Source: a virus (lineage: Duplodnaviria > Caudoviricetes). Taken from it: a DNA stretch of 64,000 nt. The notes below the pieces were generated by a model, which was not told where the DNA came from, did no database searches, and was given only the letters and a program-made list of their open reading frames with translations. Positions 1-9,700 of this stretch are shown piece after piece. How positions within the stretch are numbered: position 1 is the stretch's first letter; every line of letters starts with the position of its first letter. The position numbers and the translations under genes are program-made. Location of the stretch: positions 130,706 through 194,705 of the IMG/VR virus record IMGVR_UViG_2834368228_000004, one strand, 5' to 3'.

Positions 1-28
1 GAGATTAGAATCACTTGGATTAACATAT

Positions 29-3000
29 TTGCCACCAGCTCAAGGTAATCAAGAGTTGGTGGCAATGTTCAACCCAGTTCAAAGAAGAGATTATTACCAT
101 AATTATAACTATCAAGATAATGTGCAAAAAATGGCCCAAGTTGTGAATCAAAACAATAACAGTAAAGACATTTTTGACAACCAACAAACATATCGGTTGT
201 TGAATAGTTCGCATAGTCGTATGGGGCAAGATCAAATGCGAAAATTTCAAGACTTCTCAACTGCAAATCAATTTTTCACATTTGATATTGAAACACTTGG
301 AAATGCTCTTCATGGTGATAACTTCAGCATTTCTGAAATTGCAGTACAAGGGTTCCAGCGAAATGGAAATAAATTTAAGCCATCTAACCAAAGCTTAACA
401 CTTGTTGGATCACCATCGCAGTCTGTACAAAATGATATGATTCAAGTTATCACTCAATTACGTCAGGATCCATATCAATTCAATAAGTTGGAAGATTGGA
501 AGAAGCGTACGCTTGTTGACTTAACAAGATATTCAACTCGAACCGATGGCGGAGTAACACCTGCTGTTTTTGAAAGTCAAAATGGCAATATGATTAACTT
601 TGGTCATAACAGTTTAGCTAATACCTTCTTTAAAGATGAAAGAATGATTGCTTCAAGAGTTATTGAGAAGATGAGTAATGTGTTACAACATGCAGAGTCA
701 GGTTTAGAAAATCTAAGCGAAAATAAATATGGATTAAACTCTAATCAAATGATTGATCAATTCAATAAATTTGTTCATCAAAACAATGATAGTTATTTCA
801 TATCCTACAATGGAGATTCATTTGATATTCCAAAATTAAAGGCTTTTGGAGAGCAAGCAGGAAATAATCCTATGCTGACTCCCAATAAACATTTAGACTA
901 CTTTCGTGTTATTCAAACAACATTCCCTAATCCTTTAGATTTACATCGCTTATTAAATCAAGATGCAAGCAGACCTAGTACTGGGATGACAAAACTACAA
1001 GCATTCCGCAGTACTTTAGGATACGATACGGAAGCAGCGCACAGTGCTACTCACGATATTGGGTTAGAAGGATTAGCTGGAGTTATACAAGAAAGTAATC
1101 CTCATATTCAAGATAGAATTCAAAATGGCAAAACAAGCATTGGAGATGGATTTAATTTTCAAACTGAAAAGTTTAGTTGGAATGATGCACCAGTAGAGAG
1201 AGGACAGACTTTATTTGCTTTGGGTGGAGTTCGAGCAAGAAGAGATGGCGAATTATCCTTTGCAGCAAAGTTTGATCCAGAAACAGGTGTGTACAATCCG
1301 ATTAATGATTCTTTTAATACAACTATCATTAATGCAAAAACATTCTATGATCTGGAAGGAATCGTTGATTTATCTGATGGAAATACGAATCGATATGGAT
1401 TAAAACTTTACGATCAGGATAGAGATTTACACAACTTTATTATTCGTGAAGGCGACAATGCATTACATGAGATTCAAGACTTTATGCAAAATCGTTTCTA
1501 TAATTGGGATGGTTTAGATAAAGAAACACGTAGAAGAGTATCAGATGCTCGATTAACAGATAGTGCTAGACGGCAGTATGAACGATTGTTTAGTTTGGAG
1601 AAAGCAGGAACTGGAAGGACAGGTGGGTTTAATGCTGCTCAGCGAACGTATCAAAATGCAAAAGTTCTAGAAGAACGTCTTAGTGGAAAAGATAAAAACA
1701 TACAAGGACCTGATTATCATGCGTTAAGGCAGAATCGTATCACTCATGAAAGTATGATGGAGCAGCTTCGTTCTGGATTCGACAGCTTATGGAATCCTGA
1801 AACAAAGTCGTGGGTAAAAAATGAGAGAGAAATGGAAAACTTCTTCCGTATGGGAGAAAGACTTATTTCAGAACGGCCAGCCTTTGAACCTGCCCTAAAA
1901 TATATTGAAAGTCATTTGTCTGAGCCGACACAAAGGGATTTAGCTTGGAATCTATATACAAAGAAAGTAAATGAAGCATTCCCTATGGCAAAAGAGACTA
2001 TTCCTCTACAAGAATTTGAAAACCGAAGAGTTGGATATACAGACTTTAATACAAATACAAAACACTCTTTAGATATGAGTTCATGGAGCTCAACTGAGCA
2101 AAGCATAAGTCGATATGTTTACAGTAGAGATATAAGTCAAAATGGAGATTTAACGCCTGAATTGAGAGAAGATCGATACCGGGAGCGAATGAACCAATTT
2201 TTAAAAACATTACAAGGTAACGATGTTATAAATGAAAATACAGCTAACGAATTAATTAATATTAATAATCAAAGCGCTACAGTTAGAAATGCCATTATCG
2301 AAGCAACAGACATTTTGCAAAGTAAGGTCTTTGACTTTGATAGCACTGTTCAACAAATATCACTTGGATATAATAATGCTATTCAGCAAATGGATTTAGC
2401 AACAAATGAAATAATGTTCCAAGAAGCGGTCAAACAAGTTAGATCCATGAATCAGGTTCGAATCAACCCACAGCAAGTAACAGGTTCAAAAGTTGAATTC
2501 AGTCCAGAGGTAGAAAGAGCACTTCAGCGATTAGATCAATCTCGTTTAAGTGGATTGTCACCGAACAACAGACAAGCGTTAGAAAGTGTTTTGTCTAGTG
2601 TTGTAGGAAACAGCAAATTTAATCAACATCATGTTGCTTTAAGCATGGACCAGCAAACAGCTAATGCTAGAATTTCCATTTACAATCCATCAAATAGTAC
2701 AAGCGTGATTGACGCTATCAGCAGTGGACAGGAGCACCCCAATGCCCTAAGCATTAATGTTCCTTTAGTTGGAGAACATGGTGTACATCAAATTGGAAAT
2801 AGACGTATTAACGCAAGAAGATACATGGATTATCAAGATGGCCAGTTTGTAGTAAGGTCTTCCACTCAACAGCTTGCAGATAATTATACTCGTAATATGA
2901 ACCGAATCTTAAGAGATTTTGATGAAGGGGATATCGAAGGTGCCAATAATCGTGCCAGAAGAGTTCTAAATGAAAGCTTAAGAAATCTTTCTGGAATACA

Positions 3001-6000
3001 GAGAAACTTAACATCTAATGATAGCTTCAACATGAACAATAACCAATCTGACTTTTTCAAACAAGGAAATGTTGAAGTTGATACAGCAATGGTTAAAGAT
3101 TTATATGCAAGAAACAGACTGACAAATGATGATTTTTATACAACAGCATTTGAAGGTGGAAGGTTAAGGCCAGATGTATCAGTAAATGATTTAAAGCCTG
3201 CCAAAGCATATGAAGTTTCATTAGCAGCTGGAGATTGGTTAAGAGATAACAATTTAAATCTCTTTGCAGGAACAAATAAAGGTGAACATGTATCTCAAAT
3301 GATGTTTAACGAACTGGATATTCGAGAATTTCTACCTTATGGTCATTATACGTTCCAAGGTCGAGATAACTCTGTTCAGTTACAAAATGCTCATTTATTA
3401 AACGCTCAAGTGCAAGAAAACATCTTAAATAATACAGAAGGCTATGTGAGCTTTAATGAACTAGTTGCTACTAATAAACAACGAGAATGGGTTAATCATT
3501 GGAGACAAACAAATCCTTCAGACGCAGCAGGAATGCAAATAAAAACAGCCTTCATTAACGATGGAACATTAATGGATCGAATAAACTCACTTTCTGAAAC
3601 AGAAAAAGGTTTAGATCTTCTGCGAGAAGAGGGAATTATCAATGCAGATGGATCATGGAACCACACAAAAATCCCACGTATATATGAACAACAAGGATTG
3701 ATTTCTCAGGACTTACAAGAGCAGGTTAAAGTAACAGAGCAGAAGATTTTATCTGAAACGGACGATGTAACACTATTTCGTAATTCAAGAAATGGAGATA
3801 CTGTTCAACCGGGGCAGGCAATAGGATATGAAATGATTAATGGGTATCAAAGAGAGTTGCGATATCAAGGTCCTAACCCAGGTACCGTTATCCAGCAGAA
3901 TGGTCGTGTAGGTGTTGCGTGGGAAGAAGATGCCTTCAAGTATATCGTTGAAGGGGAGAAAATGACAGATGTTCCTATCAGCAGACGTTTAATGTCCGCT
4001 ATAACCGGTGATGATTCCGTCAGTATGATTCTTAACCCAAACATTAAAAAGCACCGTGACTATGGTATGTTCTTGTCAGGAAAAGCAAAAATATTAGCAG
4101 ACTATGCGCATCAATTAAGTAATGATTTAGTTCAAGCTACAATAGATGCTCCTGTAACAGATAAAGCAAGCAGAAAAGCGTTAAGACGTATGGAGTTAGA
4201 GACTCAGTTTAACCGAACCATAAATCTCGCTTCAACAGTTGGTCTTCATTGGGATGCAAGTAGTAGGTCATTCATTCAAGAAGGAAACCCAAATATACCA
4301 GCAAATAGTTTTGAAAATATATTTGAAGAGCTCGGTTTGGTGGATAGGGATGAGCAAGGAAATGTTCTCCGAAGAATCGACCAATCATCTTTAGGTGACG
4401 AACTTGCGATTCTTGAAGCAAGAGTAAGTAAAGTAAGTAATCACAGTAAAATGATAGATGAAACAGGCCGAATCGTTTTAGAAGTGGGTCATGATAGAGA
4501 TGGTAATATAACGAAGAAATACCGTCGTAATGATTTAGGACAGTTTGAGCATGGTGGAGTGAGCTGGGGTCATCGAGAAATGGGGGTCTTTAAAGACCTA
4601 AATCTCACTGAAACCTATAATAAAGTATATGAAACGATGATGACTCAAGCTCAACAGAATAATAGATTAAATGAAACAAAGAGTATGATTGCAGCTGTTA
4701 GTGGAGCTGTCAATGAAAACCATACATTGGTTTCTGATGCTTCGACATTAAGTGTTGATGATTTTAGATCTCTTCCTGAAATTGATCGTGATACAAATAC
4801 GTATCAACAGACTATTTTTGATCGAGACTACATTGAACGACTGCATGGTAATAATAATGCTCACGGATTTTGGTTGGAGCTCCCAGGTGTTCAGCAAACA
4901 AATGGCGACACAAGAAGAGTGACTGCAAACATAAATGGAAGCAGTGGGGAAAGACAAGCATTAAATCGAATTTTCATTCCATTTACTAACTTAGAAGGAG
5001 CTAATGGAGAAGTTCACTTAAGAGAGCTTCAACGTAGCATTGGTGACATTTACAGGAGAGCAGCAGATGTAATTGGCGCAGGTTCCATTGATGAACGAGC
5101 ACGCTCGATGGACGGTTTGCAGGGTGCTGTGGATCGATACTTTGATCAAACAGTAAAAGATATCACTTCTTCTAAAGGACAAACAGGGAGCAGTGTATTG
5201 AAAGCTAGCATGCCTTCATCTGGAAGCGGCCTGTTTAAATTATTAGATCCATCTGTATCAATGGCGCTTGAAGGTGAATTTACATTTATTTCACCAGATG
5301 ATGCGAAGGCGCTAGGTGTTTATGATAAGTTAAAAACAATTGAGGAGCAGCGGGTAGCTGGAAAGAGTATAGATGATTTAATGGTGATGAATACTCGTTA
5401 TCCAGTGTTCCATAGTGATGCTGTTCAGATTTCAAAATTGCGTGTAAGTGAAGACGCAAGAAAAGGAGAGTTTTTAACTACTTCTTGGCAATCTGATTTA
5501 ATGAAGGCTGACTCCGATGGTGACTATAACAACATTGTTGTCTTAGATGATGATAACATCCAAAAAGAGTGGAGAAGACAATATAATTTACAAGAACAAA
5601 ATCGAGAACAAGCATATCTGGAACAGCTAGGAGATTCTGCTAGAAGCGGACGAGGATTTAATGCAGAGTATGTGCTTGGAGATAATGATGCATTTCGTCC
5701 TTTTGATCCAAATACGCAAGAGGAAATGGCAGCGAAAATTGGTAAACGGGTAGTTGGTTCTGCATCTAACTTAAACTTATATATGAGACAAGTTGCTGAC
5801 CAATATCTAAATCATGGTTCAGAAGAGCGCAGAGCTATTTACGAAATGGGTCAGGATTTAGAGCAAAAGCTTATTTCTTCAAAACATGGATTAACCGTAG
5901 AAGAGGGTCGTGCTCCTGCTATTGAAATGATTAATTCGGTATACAATAATAACTTCAGTGAAGCCAGAAAAATACAGCAAAAGTATTTTAAAGAAGACTT

Positions 6001-6787
6001 CAATTTAGAAATGATGGAAAAAGCTTTCTCTGGTTTAAGTAAAGCATATGAAAACCTAGACCAAGGCCTATATAATCCTTCACTAAAGTTTGGTACATCA
6101 CGAGGATTGAACACAGATGTCGGATTAAAAAATATCCATGACTTACTTCAAGGAGAAGCGGCCATGCATGAGACTGTTCAAACGAACAGCACATTGCGAA
6201 TGCTTCAAAACATTTTAGGAGTAGATAATCAGCAAACATTTACAGACATGGAAGGGAACTCTCATGTTCGAGTAGACCCATATGAATCCAGAAACGCCCA
6301 TATGCGTTCTGATCGATTAGGTGGCATGCAAGGAGCTATTCAGGAATATGGAGTAGATTTATCCGGCGGCTCTGAAGGATTTGGAAACAAGATTTCAGAT
6401 TTGATGGATACTGTTAATAATAATCGAAACTTTAAGTGGGGAATTATTGGAGCGGGGCTTGCACTTGGAGCTCTGGGAGGATACAATATTCTTAGACATA
6501 AAGATCCAATCGAGGCTCCACAAGATGAAATGCATTACACAGTTAACAACTCACCTGTTCAGCCAGCAATAGATATGAATCAAGGGAGCTATTCAGCAAA
6601 TGCTGATATAAGTGTTAATGCACGAGGTGGATCTTTAAATGACAACGAATTGGCACATATGATAAATCAAGGAATGGTAGATTCACAAATGAATCCTAGC
6701 AATCCACGAATAACAATTAACACAACTGATAATACACAGCAGCTTAATCGTTTCTGGTATAGAGATAAGATTGAGGAGAATGTGTAA
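29..6787 (+). CDS. Giant protein: N-terminal DEDDh exonuclease + single-chain two-barrel (beta/beta-prime-like) RNA polymerase + C-terminal hydrophobic segment; probable virion RNAP. May be 5'-partial
   Basis: Exonuclease motifs FDIE (D86/E88), YNGDSFD (D266), HSATHD (H338/D343). RNAP motifs in colinear order: VPLVGEHG, LPYGHYTFQGR, GMQIKTAF, KYIVEGEK, MILNP..R, GGVSWGHRE, DIYRR, LQGAVDRYFD, TRYPVFH, KADSDGD, EQKLISSKHG. The frame is open from nt 2, so the true start may lie before the window. Confidence 0.85.
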   Translation: MPPAQGNQELVAMFNPVQRRDYYHNYNYQDNVQKMAQVVNQNNNSKDIFDNQQTYRLLNSSHSRMGQDQMRKFQDFSTANQFFTFDIETLGNALHGDNFSISEIAVQGFQRNGNKFKPSNQSLTLVGSPSQSVQNDMIQVITQLRQDPYQFNKLEDWKKRTLVDLTRYSTRTDGGVTPAVFESQNGNMINFGHNSLANTFFKDERMIASRVIEKMSNVLQHAESGLENLSENKYGLNSNQMIDQFNKFVHQNNDSYFISYNGDSFDIPKLKAFGEQAGNNPMLTPNKHLDYFRVIQTTFPNPLDLHRLLNQDASRPSTGMTKLQAFRSTLGYDTEAAHSATHDIGLEGLAGVIQESNPHIQDRIQNGKTSIGDGFNFQTEKFSWNDAPVERGQTLFALGGVRARRDGELSFAAKFDPETGVYNPINDSFNTTIINAKTFYDLEGIVDLSDGNTNRYGLKLYDQDRDLHNFIIREGDNALHEIQDFMQNRFYNWDGLDKETRRRVSDARLTDSARRQYERLFSLEKAGTGRTGGFNAAQRTYQNAKVLEERLSGKDKNIQGPDYHALRQNRITHESMMEQLRSGFDSLWNPETKSWVKNEREMENFFRMGERLISERPAFEPALKYIESHLSEPTQRDLAWNLYTKKVNEAFPMAKETIPLQEFENRRVGYTDFNTNTKHSLDMSSWSSTEQSISRYVYSRDISQNGDLTPELREDRYRERMNQFLKTLQGNDVINENTANELININNQSATVRNAIIEATDILQSKVFDFDSTVQQISLGYNNAIQQMDLATNEIMFQEAVKQVRSMNQVRINPQQVTGSKVEFSPEVERALQRLDQSRLSGLSPNNRQALESVLSSVVGNSKFNQHHVALSMDQQTANARISIYNPSNSTSVIDAISSGQEHPNALSINVPLVGEHGVHQIGNRRINARRYMDYQDGQFVVRSSTQQLADNYTRNMNRILRDFDEGDIEGANNRARRVLNESLRNLSGIQRNLTSNDSFNMNNNQSDFFKQGNVEVDTAMVKDLYARNRLTNDDFYTTAFEGGRLRPDVSVNDLKPAKAYEVSLAAGDWLRDNNLNLFAGTNKGEHVSQMMFNELDIREFLPYGHYTFQGRDNSVQLQNAHLLNAQVQENILNNTEGYVSFNELVATNKQREWVNHWRQTNPSDAAGMQIKTAFINDGTLMDRINSLSETEKGLDLLREEGIINADGSWNHTKIPRIYEQQGLISQDLQEQVKVTEQKILSETDDVTLFRNSRNGDTVQPGQAIGYEMINGYQRELRYQGPNPGTVIQQNGRVGVAWEEDAFKYIVEGEKMTDVPISRRLMSAITGDDSVSMILNPNIKKHRDYGMFLSGKAKILADYAHQLSNDLVQATIDAPVTDKASRKALRRMELETQFNRTINLASTVGLHWDASSRSFIQEGNPNIPANSFENIFEELGLVDRDEQGNVLRRIDQSSLGDELAILEARVSKVSNHSKMIDETGRIVLEVGHDRDGNITKKYRRNDLGQFEHGGVSWGHREMGVFKDLNLTETYNKVYETMMTQAQQNNRLNETKSMIAAVSGAVNENHTLVSDASTLSVDDFRSLPEIDRDTNTYQQTIFDRDYIERLHGNNNAHGFWLELPGVQQTNGDTRRVTANINGSSGERQALNRIFIPFTNLEGANGEVHLRELQRSIGDIYRRAADVIGAGSIDERARSMDGLQGAVDRYFDQTVKDITSSKGQTGSSVLKASMPSSGSGLFKLLDPSVSMALEGEFTFISPDDAKALGVYDKLKTIEEQRVAGKSIDDLMVMNTRYPVFHSDAVQISKLRVSEDARKGEFLTTSWQSDLMKADSDGDYNNIVVLDDDNIQKEWRRQYNLQEQNREQAYLEQLGDSARSGRGFNAEYVLGDNDAFRPFDPNTQEEMAAKIGKRVVGSASNLNLYMRQVADQYLNHGSEERRAIYEMGQDLEQKLISSKHGLTVEEGRAPAIEMINSVYNNNFSEARKIQQKYFKEDFNLEMMEKAFSGLSKAYENLDQGLYNPSLKFGTSRGLNTDVGLKNIHDLLQGEAAMHETVQTNSTLRMLQNILGVDNQQTFTDMEGNSHVRVDPYESRNAHMRSDRLGGMQGAIQEYGVDLSGGSEGFGNKISDLMDTVNNNRNFKWGIIGAGLALGALGGYNILRHKDPIEAPQDEMHYTVNNSPVQPAIDMNQGSYSANADISVNARGGSLNDNELAHMINQGMVDSQMNPSNPRITINTTDNTQQLNRFWYRDKIEENV

Positions 6788-6799
6788 GGAGGTTCTTTA

Positions 6800-9700
6800 A
6801 TGGCTACAACATTAGCAGTTGATGACCGGGATTCCCGTTATGGGGTCCTCGGTGATCATTATATGCGTATTGGAGATACACAGTTTTATTTACCTCCAAC
6901 AGATATAAAAGTACATCGAATGATGAAGAATCAAAAGGTTTCTGTAATGCGAGGGAAAAACAGCTTGCCGAAAGAGTCTGGCTATTTTGATCGAGTAATA
7001 ACACTAACTATCTTCTTCCCAGATGTAAGGTCTATAAATGATGAGTTAAGACCTCTATTGGCACAAAGTAAAAAGTGCCCATTTTTACCAATAGAAAACA
7101 CTTATTTAAATGATGCACATAAGGTAGAAGCAATTACAATACAGAATGTTACAGTGCAAACCACACCAGGTTTTCCTAATACATTGCAGGCAATTATTCA
7201 ATGTTATGCATTTGAACCAGCTGCGTACATATATGGTTCTACTGAAAAGACATTTGATGAGATGTTTCATTGGCCATTATTTAGATGGTATTATGGCAGG
7301 CATTTAAAAAAGGTAAAAGTTGTTGATCCTGTCTTCAAGCAATTGTTTGGCAGTAATTCAGATAAGCAATTAACTTACTTTGAGCCTGTAAGTGGAGAGG
7401 TGACAAACGATTTTCAGTTTCGTATTGTAGCTGAAGATGATTTGTTAGCAATACGTGAATGGAACAAAGAGAAGAAAGAGCTAATTAAGGCTTGGCAGGA
7501 AGATAAGAATGGGTCTAGCTTAGGTGATTTCTTCAAAAATGCTATCAGTTCAAAGAAAGATGGAGCTAAGCCTATAACGAAAAAAGGCAAAGAACAACAG
7601 TTTAATGAAGAATATGATGAGTTATATTCAAAAGCAATGTATGAATATGATTTGCATTATGAAACTTGGGACTTAGGAAGAATGGAGCTAGAAGACTTTA
7701 GCATAAGTTTTGAAAACTCTATTTCATCTTATCAATTGCAGATGCATCAATCTCCTGCACACCAATATTTAGGTTCTCAGGATACTGTAATTGTAGCACG
7801 ATTTAAGACAGATGATATGGAGTCTGTTGCCAGTTTAGAAGATCTTATGAGAAGGACATCCTATCTGACACGTGAATACCACAAAGAAGTTTCAAATGGT
7901 TTCCTTGAGATTGACCATCAATTAGCAAGGCTCTATGGAGTGAAAAGTGTTGTCATTGATGATGTAAGTATCAATACAATAGAAGGTATGCCAGGTGTGT
8001 ATGACATTACATTGACCTTAATGGCTTATAATCGTGCTGAAAAGAAAATGCATGAAGTAAGTGCAATGACTTTGGGGTTAGACTGGGATGCAAGTGGTAC
8101 TATTGTAAATCCATACTTACAAAATGCGATGGCAGGATTTAAGAAAATACACACGTCTATTGGAATACAGCAAAATGCAGAACAACAAGCTATTTATAAT
8201 GAACATGTTATTAATGCTTTTCGTGCGGCAGAACTTTATCCAGACTTAGAGCTTCCAACATATGATGAAGTAAGAGAAGCTGGATTTAGTTTAATAAATA
8301 ATAACAATGGAGTCTTTGTAGATCCAGACTTTTTTATAAAGTATGATAGTTTTCAAGACTATGCTCAGCTATTAAGCGAATCTATTGATTCAGGAAGCAG
8401 CGACATCAAAATGTATGATGCCACTGGAGGAACTGCTACGGTTACTAAAGGTGGATTAAAGCTTGATGAAGTTGCTGATAGAAAAGTAGAAGAAATGAAG
8501 ACTATTACAAAAAACAGTGTTCCGAATCTGGGTGTTTCTGAAAACGTCAATGCAAATCAAGATACTACAAATCGTTCTACCCTTGAGATGGAAGCCTTAA
8601 TAAGAAAATCTGCACAGGTATATGAAATTCCTGAAATCTATCCAATAGCTTTTGCGAAAGCATTTGACTCCAAGTTAAGGCATTTTTATGAAGTGGGAGA
8701 CAATCCTGAACTTGGTGGGATCTATAATAGTAGTGCTGGCTCTCCAATTTTTATGGGGTCCAATTTAAACCTTCTAGGTGGAGATAGATCTGCGGATTAT
8801 GCAGGTGTTATGCGTGTTTCCAATCAATATGGGGATGCTAAATTAATTAGTAAAAGCATAGAGTATAATGTTGATGTTGGAATGCGTTACATGAAGTACT
8901 ATTGGGAAGTTGCAGGTTCCATGATGGAAGATGAGAGAATTAATACAGATCGCTTGCATCAAATGTTAGATATTCCTAATACGAGTTTAGACGATAGCTA
9001 CAAAGCGCAATTCATTCTTATGTCTGCTCTCTATTTGCAACATGACCGAGAAATTCTTGCAGTGATGAATAAAGGGCAAGAACCGAGAGCAAGTATCCTT
9101 CGTATTTATGAGCACTTACTAGATGTATTGGATGGAACAGAAGCATGGGGATATGAAAAGTTGCAGAAAGAGTATGGGAAGCTAAAAGTGCAAGATTACA
9201 AGGCCACCATCTATACCGTTGATGATGACAATCCAACTCTTAATATTAAGCAATCTGATATCGATATTGAAGATACAACAGAGTTAGAAAAAACAATGAT
9301 GCATGATATGCTTGAATATGACCGTAGAGGGAGACTTGTTAGGGCTTTCCCAACATTTTTTATGACATTTATTGATGAAGGACAATTTGTAGGAAGTGCA
9401 AAAATGTCAGACCAGTACTTTCACTACAGAGCAATTAGTGACATTACATACAATAATAGTCGGAAGCAAGCTTCCAGTACACTAGTGTGTGAATTAAGTA
9501 ATGTATTCGGCTCCTTAAGTGATAGTGAGAAAGCACAAGATTTAACGCATACTTCATTTGGCGATATGTTCCTTGCATCAATTATGCCAGGCGCTGTTGC
9601 AAAAGCTCAAGAGAGAAGCAGACATCGAAATTCTAACTTCTATAAGAGTATTTATCTTCGTACAGGTGTTAGGGTTCACATGAGAATGGGATATGGAGCA

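Noticed and set aside
29-6787. DNA polymerase call for ORF1 based on its exonuclease domain
   Set aside because: No family A, B or C polymerase motifs were recognised; the downstream motifs match two-barrel RNAP.
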